From the NCBI GenBank assembly GCA_009733745.1, contig WNWL01000004.1:1-64000 (forward strand): a DNA stretch of 64,000 nt, given 5' to 3'. Of this stretch, positions 47,830 to 56,855 are shown in pieces. The first letter of the stretch is position 1; each line of letters opens with the position of its first letter. The position numbers were made by a program, and so were the translations under genes. Source of the stretch: Oceanobacillus sp. HTM 045. GTDB taxonomy: Bacteria > Pseudomonadota > Alphaproteobacteria > Rhodobacterales > Rhodobacteraceae. The notes under the pieces were generated by a model. The model made no database searches. It saw nothing but the letters and a program-made list of their open reading frames with translations, and was not told where the DNA came from.

Positions 47830-50800
47830 GCATCCGCCCTCCGTCCGGGTCGAAGAAATGCGGCGAGACGACCTTCACCTCGACCGACTTGCCGTCCACC
47901 GGGCTCTCGGCGAGGATAGTCTTGCCATCCCACTGGGTGAGGCCGCCGCGGACGAAGCCGAGGCCGATGCGCTCGCCCATCACCGGGCTGTCGGCGATCG
48001 AGGAGACCCAGCCGAGCCCGTCGCCAACCACCTCGCCCTGCGCGCAGAGGATCGAGCCGGCCTTCATCTGCTCGCCTTCCGTCACCGGGCGCAGGCCGAC
48101 CAGCGTGGGCCGGTCGCGCCGGGTCAGGTGCTCGCGCTCCTTCAGGACGGAGCCGATATAGGACTTCTTCTTCGATTCCATGCCGCCCAGCGCGCAGTCG
48201 GTGGCGGTGGTCCGCCCGTCCAGCTCGCGGGCGGTGACGTGGCCCTTCTCGACGCGCAGGATGTCGAGCGCCTCGAGACCGTAGGGCACGCCGCCCGCGG
48301 CCTGCACCTTGCGGAGCAGCGTCTCCCACATCGCCGGGCAGTAGTCGGCGGGGCAGAACACCTCCCACGCGCGCTCGCCGGAGAAGGAAAGCCGGGCCAC
48401 GCGGGCCGGCACGGTGCCGCCGCCGGCAACCTTCAGCATGCCCTCGCGGACGCCCATGAAGGGGAAGGCCTGGTCGGCGAAGTCGATGCCCTCGAACGCG
48501 TCCATCAGCACGTCGCGCGCTTTCGGACCCGCGACCGCCACGCCGCCCCAGTGGTCGGAGACCGACGAGATGTGGACGCGCAGGTCGGGCCACCAGGTCT
48601 GCAGCAGGTTGGCGAGGTGCAGCATGACCGGCCCCGCGTTGGCGGTGGTGGTGGTCATGAAGAACTCGGTCTCCGACAGGCGCCAGGTGGTGCCGTCGTC
48701 GAACACCACGCCGTCGACCCGGAGCATCAGGCCGTAGCGGGCCTTGCCGACGGGCAGCTTGGCGAAGGCGTTGGAGTAGACCCGGTTGAGGAACTCCGCC
48801 GCGTCCGGCCCCTGCACCTGGATCTTGCCGAGCGTGGAGACATCGACCATGCCGACCGTGTCGCGCACGATCCGTGCCTCGCGCATCGAGGCGGTCGTGA
48901 GGTTCTCGCCGGTCTTCGGGTAGTACCAGGACCGCTTCCACGCGCCCGCGTCGACGAACTTGCCGCCGAGCTTCTCGTGGGCGGCGTGCATCGGCGTGCG
49001 CCGGGTCGGGCGCCAGTGGGTGCCGCGCTCGGTGCCCGCGACCGCGCCCATCGAGATCGGCGTGTAGGGCGGGCGGAAGGTTGTGGTGCCGGTCTCCGGG
49101 ATGGTCTTGCCGGTGGCCTCGGCCATCAGCGCCATGCCGATGACGTTGCCGATCTTGCCCTGGTCGGTGGACATGCCGAGCGTGGTGTAGCGCTTCAGGT
49201 GCTCGACCGAGACATAGCCCTCACGCTCGGCGAGGCGCACGTCGTCGGCGGTGACGTCGTTCTGCGGGTCGACGAAGGACTTGAGCTTGGGCGCCTTGAC
49301 CCGGACCTCGTAGATCGGCTGCGTCTCGCCCGCGGGGCAGGCGGCGGGGGCCTTGCGCGACTTCGCGCCGCCCTTGCCGAGTGCCCTGAGCGCGGCCTCG
49401 GCCACGGCGCGGCCGGAGAGGGCGGCGCCCTCGGTATCGGGCACGCCCGCGGCGCTGCCCGCGACGTGGATCGGCTCGCGGCCCGCGTCGCCGGGCAGGA
49501 AGGCGAGGTGCCGGTCGCTCCAGACCGGCCTGACGCCGCGGTGCGAGAGCAGGTGCACGGCCGGGTTCCAGCCGCCGGAGACGGCGATGGTGTCGCAGCC
49601 GATCTCGCGCTCGGAACGGGCCTTGCCGCCGCCGAGATGGCGGCCGATCATCAGCCCGGTGACGCCGCGGCGGCCGTGCGCCTCGACCGGGACGTAGCCC
49701 TTGAGCAGGCGCACGCCGGCCTCGTCGGCCATTGCCGCGAGGTGGTCGGGGACGACCTCGCGCGGGTCGAGCAGGGTCACTTCGAGCCCCTTCTCGGCCA
49801 CGGAGGCGGCGTCGTCGTAGGCCTCGTCGTTGCAGGCGGCGTAGACGATCCGCCGCCCGGCGGCGACGCCGAACCGCTCGGCATAGGTGCGCACCGCGTG
49901 GCCAAGCATCACGCCGGGGCGGTCGTTGTCGCCGAAGGCGATCGGGCGCTCCAGCGCGCCGGTGGCCATGATCACGCGCCGGGCGCGGAGGATGCGCATC
50001 CGCTCGCGCGGGATGGCGTGGTGCGGGTCGACCATGTGGTCGGTGACGCGCTCGAGGCAGCCGACGACGCCGTGGTCGTAGAGGCCGAAGGCCGTGGTGC
50101 GGTTCCAGACCCGCCCGCCCTTGGAGGACAGCCCGGCGAGACGCCCGGCCTGCCAGTCCTCGACCGTGTCGCCCTCGACCGTGTCGGCGACGTTGGACAG
50201 GAGCGAGCCGCCGAGGGCGAAATCCTGCTCGATCAGGACCACGTCGAGCCCGGCCTGCGCCGCGGTCTCGGCGGCGGCGAGCCCGGCGGGGCCGGAGCCG
50301 ATCACCGCCACGTCGCAATGGTCGTTGACGATCTCGTAGTGGTCCGGGTCGGGCTCCTTCGAGGCGGAGCCCATGCCGGCGGCGCGGCGGATGATCTTCT
50401 CGAAGAACATCCACTCCCAGGTCTGCCGTCCGAGCACGCCCATGAAGGTCTTGTAATAGAAGCCCGCACCGAAGAACCGGCCCATCAGCGAGTTCACCGC
50501 GCCGACGTCGATGCGGACATTGGGCCAAGCGTTCTGGCCGAACGCCTCCAGCCCCTGGATCAGCTCGACCTGGGTGGCCTTGGCGTTGGGGATGCGCCGC
50601 GCGCCGCGCCAGAGATGCACCAGCGCGCCGGATTCCTCCACGCCCGCCGACATCACGCCGCGGGGGCGGTGGTACTTGAACGAGCGGCCGAGGATGCGCT
50701 CGCCGTTGGCCAGCAGCGCCGAGGCGAGCGTGTCGCCCTGGTAGCCGTAGTGCTGGCTGCCGTCCCACTCGAAGGCGAGGCGCTTGGCGCGGTCGATCCG

Positions 50801-50830
50801 GCCGCCGCGGGAAAGGCGGAACCCGCTCAT
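47822..50830 (-). CDS. soxA: Sarcosine oxidase subunit alpha
   Basis: 1002 aa. N-terminal 2Fe-2S/NAD(FAD) fold and C-terminal T-protein (GcvT)-like domain (..MGERIGLGFVRGG..). Confidence 0.95.
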   Translation of the reverse strand: MSGFRLSRGGRIDRAKRLAFEWDGSQHYGYQGDTLASALLANGERILGRSFKYHRPRGVMSAGVEESGALVHLWRGARRIPNAKATQVELIQGLEAFGQNAWPNVRIDVGAVNSLMGRFFGAGFYYKTFMGVLGRQTWEWMFFEKIIRRAAGMGSASKEPDPDHYEIVNDHCDVAVIGSGPAGLAAAETAAQAGLDVVLIEQDFALGGSLLSNVADTVEGDTVEDWQAGRLAGLSSKGGRVWNRTTAFGLYDHGVVGCLERVTDHMVDPHHAIPRERMRILRARRVIMATGALERPIAFGDNDRPGVMLGHAVRTYAERFGVAAGRRIVYAACNDEAYDDAASVAEKGLEVTLLDPREVVPDHLAAMADEAGVRLLKGYVPVEAHGRRGVTGLMIGRHLGGGKARSEREIGCDTIAVSGGWNPAVHLLSHRGVRPVWSDRHLAFLPGDAGREPIHVAGSAAGVPDTEGAALSGRAVAEAALRALGKGGAKSRKAPAACPAGETQPIYEVRVKAPKLKSFVDPQNDVTADDVRLAEREGYVSVEHLKRYTTLGMSTDQGKIGNVIGMALMAEATGKTIPETGTTTFRPPYTPISMGAVAGTERGTHWRPTRRTPMHAAHEKLGGKFVDAGAWKRSWYYPKTGENLTTASMREARIVRDTVGMVDVSTLGKIQVQGPDAAEFLNRVYSNAFAKLPVGKARYGLMLRVDGVVFDDGTTWRLSETEFFMTTTTANAGPVMLHLANLLQTWWPDLRVHISSVSDHWGGVAVAGPKARDVLMDAFEGIDFADQAFPFMGVREGMLKVAGGGTVPARVARLSFSGERAWEVFCPADYCPAMWETLLRKVQAAGGVPYGLEALDILRVEKGHVTARELDGRTTATDCALGGMESKKKSYIGSVLKEREHLTRRDRPTLVGLRPVTEGEQMKAGSILCAQGEVVGDGLGWVSSIADSPVMGERIGLGFVRGGLTQWDGKTILAESPVDGKSVEVKVVSPHFFDPDGGRMHG

Positions 50831-51147
50831 TCGGAGCCTCCCGTCGCTTTCTCAGTCGTCTTGGCCGCCGCTTTCCCGGTCGCCGCGGCCATGCCCGGAT
50901 GGGCCAGCTTCACCTCGGTGATCTCGTGGGTGACCGTGTCGCGGACCACCTCGAGGAACGAGCCGCAGCCGCCGACATGGCGCCAGAACTCGCGATGCGG
51001 CCCGCGCGGGTTCTCGCGCAGGAATACCGCCTCGTACCAGTCCTCCATCGGCGCATCGAGCGCAGGGTACTGCACGGTGGCGTCGCCCTCGTAGGTGAAC
51101 TCGCTGTGGTCGCGGAGCCCGCAGAAGGGGCAGTCGATCCGGATCAT
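50827..51147 (-). CDS. soxD: Sarcosine oxidase subunit delta
   Basis: MIRIDCPFCGLRDHSEFTYEGDA..., the SoxD zinc-finger-like family. 4-nt overlap with soxA. Confidence 0.9.
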   Translation of the reverse strand: MIRIDCPFCGLRDHSEFTYEGDATVQYPALDAPMEDWYEAVFLRENPRGPHREFWRHVGGCGSFLEVVRDTVTHEITEVKLAHPGMAAATGKAAAKTTEKATGGSE

Positions 51148-51160
51148 GTCCTCTCCCCCC

Positions 51161-52426
51161 TCAGTGGTGCTTGGGCACCGGCCCGCCGCCGCCCTCGTCT
51201 ATGTGCCGACCCTTGCGGTAGCGGTCGAGCGACAGGGGCGCGTTGATGTCGTGCGGGTCGTCATGGGCGATGGTGTGGGCGAAGCACCAGCCGGAGCCGG
51301 GGATCGCCTTGAAGCCGCCGTAGCACCAGCCGGCGTTGAGGTAGAGGCCGGGCACGTCGGTCTTGCAGATGAAGGGGGAGCCGTCCATCGACATGTCCAT
51401 GATGCCCGCCCATTGGCGCAGGATCTTCACCCGCCCGACCATCGGCATGATGTTCATGGCGCAGCCCGCCACGTCCGAATAGATCGGCAGGTTCCCCTTC
51501 TGGGCGTAGGAATTGTAGAAGTCGAGGTCGCCGCCGAACACCAGACCGCCCTTGTCGGACTGGCTGATGTAGAAATGCCCGTGGCCGACGCCGTAGACGA
51601 TGACGTGGTCCACCAGCGGCTTCAGCGGCTCGGAGACGAAGGCCTGCAGCTTGTGGGTCTCGATCGGCAGCCGCCCGAGCCCGGCCTTCGGCGCCAGCGT
51701 CGAGGTGGAGCCGGCAACCGCGAGGCCGACCTTCTCGGCCCGGATCTCGCCGCGGTTGGTGTTCACGCCCACGACCCGGCCGTTCTCGTGGATGAAGTCG
51801 GTCACTTCGCACTGCTGGATGATGTCCACCCCCAGCGCGTCCGCCGTGCGGGCGTAGCCCCAGTTGACCGCGTCATGCCGGGCGGTGCCGGCTCGCGGCT
51901 GCACGAAGGCGCCGATGATCGGGTAGCGCGCGTCCTCGCCATAGTTCAGGTAGGGGATGTTCTTGCGCAGCTTGTCGAGCGCCCACCACTCGCCGTCGAT
52001 GCCGGAAAGGCGCATGGTGTTGTAGCGCCGTGCCATCGCGTCGCGCTGGCCGGGCGAGAAGCAGAGGCTCACATGGGCCCGCTGCGAGAACATGACGTTG
52101 TAGTTCAGCTCGTGGCTCAGGTTCTCCCAGAGCTTCAGCGAGTGCTCGTAGAAGGCGCAGTTGCCCGGCATCATGTAGTTGGACCGGACGATGGTGGTGT
52201 TGCGGCCCGAGTTTCCGCCGCCGAGCCAGCCCTTCTCCAGCACCGCGACGCGGGTGATGCCGTGGTTCTTGGCCAGGTAATAGGCGGTCGCGAGGCCGTG
52301 GCCGCCGGCCCCGACGATGATGACCTCGTATTTCGGCTTCGGCTCCGGGTCGCGCCAGGCGCGGTCCCAGTTCTTGTTGCCGGTCAGGCCGTTCCAGAAG
52401 ACGTTGAGCGCGTTGTAGCGGCGCAT
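51161..52426 (-). CDS. soxB: Sarcosine oxidase subunit beta
   Basis: Start MRRYNALNVFWNGL..YEVIIVGAGGHGLATAYYL.. (FAD GXGXXG). The track ORF start 52948 is an over-extension. Confidence 0.9.
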   Translation of the reverse strand: MRRYNALNVFWNGLTGNKNWDRAWRDPEPKPKYEVIIVGAGGHGLATAYYLAKNHGITRVAVLEKGWLGGGNSGRNTTIVRSNYMMPGNCAFYEHSLKLWENLSHELNYNVMFSQRAHVSLCFSPGQRDAMARRYNTMRLSGIDGEWWALDKLRKNIPYLNYGEDARYPIIGAFVQPRAGTARHDAVNWGYARTADALGVDIIQQCEVTDFIHENGRVVGVNTNRGEIRAEKVGLAVAGSTSTLAPKAGLGRLPIETHKLQAFVSEPLKPLVDHVIVYGVGHGHFYISQSDKGGLVFGGDLDFYNSYAQKGNLPIYSDVAGCAMNIMPMVGRVKILRQWAGIMDMSMDGSPFICKTDVPGLYLNAGWCYGGFKAIPGSGWCFAHTIAHDDPHDINAPLSLDRYRKGRHIDEGGGGPVPKHH

Positions 52427-52571
52427 GGTGGATGACACCCCCGGGCTCCGTGCGGACGCCCCAAGGCATACCGCGATTCGAGGCGCGGGCAATGGTTTTC
52501 GGCCCGGCGCGGGTGCATCTGCGGCAATGCGGCCTGTTGCGGCGCGAAACCCTTCCTCAATCGCGCGTATC

Positions 52572-52651
52572 TGGTCCGGATTTGGACCGGACCGGCAGGA
52601 TTCCGGACCGGAGTTGTGCCGATTGGCGCGAATCAGTCCGGTCCGGTCGGC
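52572..52651. promoter_or_regulatory. Cluster of TCCGGACCGG-type inverted/direct repeats in the soxB / Sel1 divergent promoter region
   Basis: GGTCCGGAtttGGACCGGACCGG...TCCGGACCGGA...agTCCGGTCCGGTCgg. GGACCGGACCGG and CCGGTCCGGTC are exact reverse complements about 45 bp apart. Confidence 0.3.
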
Positions 52652-52710
52652 GCTTGAGCGGCGGCGCCGCGCGGCGTTATCGTGGCGGCAACCACAGGGA
52701 GGCTCCACCG

Positions 52711-52728
52711 ATGAGTTGCAGCGCATGA
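52711..52728 (+). other. 5-codon upstream mini-ORF (MSCSA) translationally coupled to the Sel1-repeat gene
   Basis: AGGGAGG sits 8 nt before ATG 52711. The reading frame is ATG AGT TGC AGC GCA TGA. Its TGA overlaps the ATG 52725 of the downstream gene (ATGA). The downstream ATG has no SD of its own. Confidence 0.35.
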
Positions 52729-53708
52729 GACGGGCCACGCTCCGGGACATGCTCCGGGCCACGCTCCGATCGGCGGCCCTGATGGCCGGCATCCTCCCCG
52801 CCGTTTCCGCCCTCGCCGACGACCGGGCCGCCTGCCTGGAGGGCGCGCTGCACCCGGCAGTCGCGAAGGACCTCGGGATGACGGGCAAGTACCACCACGA
52901 GGTGGACCCGGCGATCGAGCCGGTCTGCCTGCGGGCGGTGAACGCCAACCCGGAGGACGACTACGTCCTCTACGCTTACGGGCGGGTGAACTACGTCATG
53001 GGGCGGTATGGCCCGGCGCGGTACTATTACGGCATCGGCGCGCAGCACGGCTTTGCCGCGGCCGCCTTCTCCCTCGGGCTGATGTACGAGTGGGGGCAGG
53101 GCGCGGAGCAGAACCTCGGCGAGGCGGTGCGGCTCTACCGGATCGCCGCGCAGGGCGGGCATGGCACCGCGCAGGCGCTGCTTGGCGACATCTACGCCGA
53201 CGGGCGCGCGGGCGAGACAGACCTGGCCTCGGCGCTGAAGTTCTACCGGATGAGCGCGGAAGGCGGCGATTTCTACGGCCAGTGGCGTTTCGGCCTCGCG
53301 CACTGGATCGGTATGGGCGTGCCGCAGGACGACGCGACCGCGCTCTACTGGTTCGGCCAGTCCGCCGGGCAGGGTTACGCCAACGCGCAGTACGACCTTG
53401 CCACGGCCTACCAGACCGGGCGCGGCGTGGCCGCCGACCCGGCTGCCGCGGCGAGCTGGTTCCACCAGGCGGCGGCGCAGGGCGAGAAACAGGCGCAGTA
53501 CGCGCTCGGGCTCTACTACCTCGCCGGGCGCGGAGTCGGGGCCGATGCGGGGCAGGCGGCGCACTGGATCGGCGCGTCCGCAGAGCAGGGCTTCGCACCC
53601 GCCGTGGCGCTCAAGGAGCGGATGGACGCGGGCGGCGCGCTGCCCTTCGCCGGTTCGACCGAGCTGGAAGCGGCGATCGAAGGGCTGGTCCGGCGGACGT
53701 TCGAGTAG
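52725..53708 (+). CDS. Sel1-repeat (TPR-like) secreted protein
   Basis: Signal peptide MRRATLRDMLRATLRSAALMAGILPAVSALA, then 7 or more Sel1-like repeats (..AQALLGDIYADGRAGETDLASALKFYRMSAEGG.., AQYDLATAYQTGRGVAADPAAAASWFHQAAAQG..). Confidence 0.8.
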   Translation: MRRATLRDMLRATLRSAALMAGILPAVSALADDRAACLEGALHPAVAKDLGMTGKYHHEVDPAIEPVCLRAVNANPEDDYVLYAYGRVNYVMGRYGPARYYYGIGAQHGFAAAAFSLGLMYEWGQGAEQNLGEAVRLYRIAAQGGHGTAQALLGDIYADGRAGETDLASALKFYRMSAEGGDFYGQWRFGLAHWIGMGVPQDDATALYWFGQSAGQGYANAQYDLATAYQTGRGVAADPAAAASWFHQAAAQGEKQAQYALGLYYLAGRGVGADAGQAAHWIGASAEQGFAPAVALKERMDAGGALPFAGSTELEAAIEGLVRRTFE

Positions 53709-53730
53709 CGGTCGCGGGTCTCAGGGGGCG

Positions 53731-54582
53731 TCAGGAGGCCGTCGCCTCCATCGCCTGCCGTCCGTCAGTGCCGCGGACCCAGAGCTTCAGATCTTCGCCC
53801 TCGGGCTTGAGGCAGGCGGTGAAGTCCTCGCCGTCGAACACCGGCGCCGTGGCGCGGAAGGCGAAGCGGGTCACCTCGCGCTCTTCCGCCGCCAGTTCCA
53901 GCAGCAGCGTCGCCAGCAGCGGGCCATGCACCACGAGGCCGGGATAGCCCTCGGTCTCGACCGCGTGGGTGCGGTCGTAGTGGATGCGGTGGCCGTTGAA
54001 GGTGAGAGCGGAATAGCGGAACAGCACCACCGGGTCGCAGTTCCACGTCCGCGACAGGGTCTCGCCGTCGGGCGCCTGCGGCGGCTGGCGCTTCGGCGCG
54101 TCCGGGTCGGGGTCGTCGCGGTAGACGATGTCCTGCTCCTCGACCACGGCGAGGGTGCGGCCCTGGACGATCTCGTGGCGGACGGTGACGAAGACCATCT
54201 CGCCCGCGCGGCCGGTCTTTGGCGTGACGGCGACGATCTCGGAGGTCTTCGACGCCTCCTGCCCGAGGACCAGCGGCACGTGGATCTCCAGCCTGCCCCC
54301 GGCCCACATCCGCCGCGCCTGCCGCACCGGCGGGGTCAGACCCGCGCCCTTGCCCGGGTGCCCGTCGAGGCCGAGCGCGGAGCGGGGCAGGGCTTGCAGG
54401 AAGTGCATCCAGTGCCAGAAGGGCGGCAGCGCGTCGCCCGCGGCAAAGGGCGGGCGGTCCAGTTCCATCGTCGCCACCAGCGCGTTGGCGGAAAAGGGCG
54501 AGAGCGGGTCATGCGCTACCACGCGCCTGCCGACCCAGTCTGCCGGGTCCATCTCTGCCGAATGCGTCTCAGCCGCTGTCAT
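53731..54582 (-). CDS. MaoC-family dehydratase with double hot-dog fold (283 aa)
   Basis: Start MTAAETHSAEMDP.. HTD2-like N-terminal hot-dog plus C-terminal MaoC motif (..GYPGLVVHGPLLATLLLELAAEE..). The track ORF 53731..55752 is over-extended. Confidence 0.75.
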   Translation of the reverse strand: MTAAETHSAEMDPADWVGRRVVAHDPLSPFSANALVATMELDRPPFAAGDALPPFWHWMHFLQALPRSALGLDGHPGKGAGLTPPVRQARRMWAGGRLEIHVPLVLGQEASKTSEIVAVTPKTGRAGEMVFVTVRHEIVQGRTLAVVEEQDIVYRDDPDPDAPKRQPPQAPDGETLSRTWNCDPVVLFRYSALTFNGHRIHYDRTHAVETEGYPGLVVHGPLLATLLLELAAEEREVTRFAFRATAPVFDGEDFTACLKPEGEDLKLWVRGTDGRQAMEATAS

Positions 54583-54705
54583 CTTGGGTGCGCTCCCTGC
54601 TTCGTGCTGCCGGCGCGACGCTAGCAGAGCGCGCGGCGGGCCGCGAGGGGTTGACCCGGCGGCGCTTCTCGTGACTCTCGCGCCGGTGCAGCGATGGAGG
54701 ACAGG

Positions 54706-55926
54706 ATGGCACGACTCTTCGACAACCGGTTCGCAGGCCCGCGCACCCGCGCCATCCACGCGGGCGAGCGCCCCGACCCGGCGACCGGCGCATCGAGCCC
54801 GAACATCGTCATGTCCTCGACCTATGTGACCGACAAGCCGGAGGGGTTCTCGGCCTACGAGATGACCGAGGACAGCCCGTTCGTCTATTCCCGCTGGGCC
54901 AACCCGACCGTGCGCCAGCTGGAGGAGAAGGTCGCGGCGCTGGAAGGCGCGGAGGCGGCGGCGGCCTATGGCTCGGGCATGGGTGCCGCGGCGGCGATCC
55001 TGTTCCGCGAGCTTTCCGCGGGGGATCACCTGATCCTGTCGGATGTGAGCTATGCCGGCATCGCCGAGTTCGCCCGCGACACGCTCCCGCGGATGGGGGT
55101 GGAGGTCAGCGCGGTCAACCTGACCCGGCACGACGACATCGCCGCGGCGATGCGGCCGAACACCCGGCTGATCTTCGCGGACACGCCCTGCAACCCGCTG
55201 ATGCGCCTGACCGATCTCGAGGCCGTGGCGAAGATCGCCCATGACGGCGGCGCGAAGCTGGCGGTCGACAGCACCTTCGCCAGCCCGGTTGCCACCAACC
55301 CGCTGGCGCTGGGCGTCGATTACGTGATGCACTCGCTGACCAAGTATATCGGCGGGCATGGTGACGCGGTGGGTGGCGTCGTCTGTGGCGGGCGCGACCT
55401 GATCCGCGGGCTGGTCTCGGAGGCGACGGTGCATTACGGCGGCGTGCTGTCGCCGTTCAATGCCTGGCTGATCTCGCGCGGCGCGGCGACGCTGCCGATC
55501 CGGATGCGCGCGCACCAGGAGACGGCGATGGCCGTGGCCGAGGCGCTGGAGGCGCATCCGGCGGTCGAGCGGGTGCTCTATCCCGGCCTCGCCTCGCACC
55601 CGCAGGCCGAGCTGGCCCGGCGGCAGATGAAGAACTTCTCGGGCATGATGACCTTTCGCCTCAAGGGCGGGCGCGCGGCGGGCGACACGGCGGCGGAGCG
55701 GATGGCGAAGGGGCTGAGCATCATCCACTACGCCGTCTCGCTCGGGCATCACCGCACGCTGGTCTGCTGGATACCGTCGGACGACATGATCCAGAACTCC
55801 TTCCGCCTCACAGGCCAGAACGCGGCCGACTACCGCGATTGGGCCGGCGACGGGGTGTTCCGCCTCTCCATCGGGCTGGAGGACGCGGACGACCTGATCC
55901 GCGATCTCGAGAGCGTGCTCGGATGA
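54706..55926 (+). CDS. Cys/Met-metabolism PLP-dependent enzyme (methionine gamma-lyase / cystathionine gamma-synthase family)
   Basis: ..SRWANPTVRQLEEKVAALEGAEAAAAYGSGMGA.. and SLTKYIGGHGDAVGG (PLP-Lys motif). GGAGGA RBS 5 nt upstream of the ATG at 54706. Confidence 0.9.
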   Translation: MARLFDNRFAGPRTRAIHAGERPDPATGASSPNIVMSSTYVTDKPEGFSAYEMTEDSPFVYSRWANPTVRQLEEKVAALEGAEAAAAYGSGMGAAAAILFRELSAGDHLILSDVSYAGIAEFARDTLPRMGVEVSAVNLTRHDDIAAAMRPNTRLIFADTPCNPLMRLTDLEAVAKIAHDGGAKLAVDSTFASPVATNPLALGVDYVMHSLTKYIGGHGDAVGGVVCGGRDLIRGLVSEATVHYGGVLSPFNAWLISRGAATLPIRMRAHQETAMAVAEALEAHPAVERVLYPGLASHPQAELARRQMKNFSGMMTFRLKGGRAAGDTAAERMAKGLSIIHYAVSLGHHRTLVCWIPSDDMIQNSFRLTGQNAADYRDWAGDGVFRLSIGLEDADDLIRDLESVLG

Positions 55927-56444
55927 ACCGGCGCGACCTGTTCGGCGGCTGGTACATGGGCTGGATCGCCCGGAGCCCGTATCTCGGGGCGCTCCTCGTC
56001 TATGCCGTGCTCGCAGTGCCGGTTTATTTCTTCGGCCGCGAGGTTCTGCCGCTGAAGGACAAGGATTTTGGCGAGTGGACCGCGCTGGTCCGCTTCACCT
56101 TTACCCTCGCGGCGGTGCTCTGGGTCGCCTTTACCATGAACCTGCTGGCCAAGCGGCTGCGTGATTCCGGGCTGCCGGGCTGGGCGCTGACCGGGCTGAT
56201 CTTCTTCGCGGCTTTTGCGGTGATGCGGTTCGGCTTCTGGGAGCAGCCCGCCTTTCTCGACGCGCAGGATCCCATCGAGGGCCTGCGCGCCTTCTCGCTG
56301 ACCGAGGCGATGTTCCCGGTGAAGTGGGAGGGGGTGATGTGGGCCGGGGTCGTCCACGCCGGCGCGCTGGCCGTCGCCGCGGTCTTTCCTACCGACTTCT
56401 TCCCCTGGGTGGTCGACCGCGACCGCTGGGCCGTGTTCGACTGA
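55923..56444 (+). CDS. DUF805-family inner-membrane protein
   Basis: Start MNRRDLFGGWYMGW.. overlaps the upstream TGA (ATGA). DUF805 signature ..NLLAKRLRDSGLPGW.. with 4 TM helices. Confidence 0.75.
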   Translation: MNRRDLFGGWYMGWIARSPYLGALLVYAVLAVPVYFFGREVLPLKDKDFGEWTALVRFTFTLAAVLWVAFTMNLLAKRLRDSGLPGWALTGLIFFAAFAVMRFGFWEQPAFLDAQDPIEGLRAFSLTEAMFPVKWEGVMWAGVVHAGALAVAAVFPTDFFPWVVDRDRWAVFD

Positions 56445-56450
56445 CCGCCG

Positions 56451-56855
56451 ATGCGCTGGTCCGATCCCTTCACCGGCTGGTTCGACGGCGGGATCGGGCG
56501 GTGGGCCTATGTGGGCTGGGTGCTGGTCTTCATCACGCTGAACCTTGCCACCGTCTTCGTGGCGGCCCTCGTCCAGCGCCAGACCGGATCGAGCATGCGG
56601 TCGGACGTGGTGATCGTCGCGCTTCTGCTGGTCCCGTTCTGGCTGAACCTCGACGCGAAGCGCTGGCGCGATGCGGGGCTGAACGGCTGGGGTATGGCGA
56701 TCCTCTTCATGATCGTCCAGAAAGGCGTTTCGTACCTCAGCGATAGCTTCTACGCCGGGGTCTTCATGTACGTCGCCGCCGCCTGCTTCCGTCCGGACCA
56801 GTTCGGCCACCGCGTGGAGCGGGAGCCGGTGGCGGACCCGGAGGTGTTCGACTGA
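56451..56855 (+). CDS. DUF805-family inner-membrane protein (tandem paralog)
   Basis: MRWSDPFTGWFDGGIGRWAYVGW...NLDAKRWRDAGLNGW.., the same family and motif as the upstream gene. Confidence 0.75.
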   Translation: MRWSDPFTGWFDGGIGRWAYVGWVLVFITLNLATVFVAALVQRQTGSSMRSDVVIVALLLVPFWLNLDAKRWRDAGLNGWGMAILFMIVQKGVSYLSDSFYAGVFMYVAAACFRPDQFGHRVEREPVADPEVFD

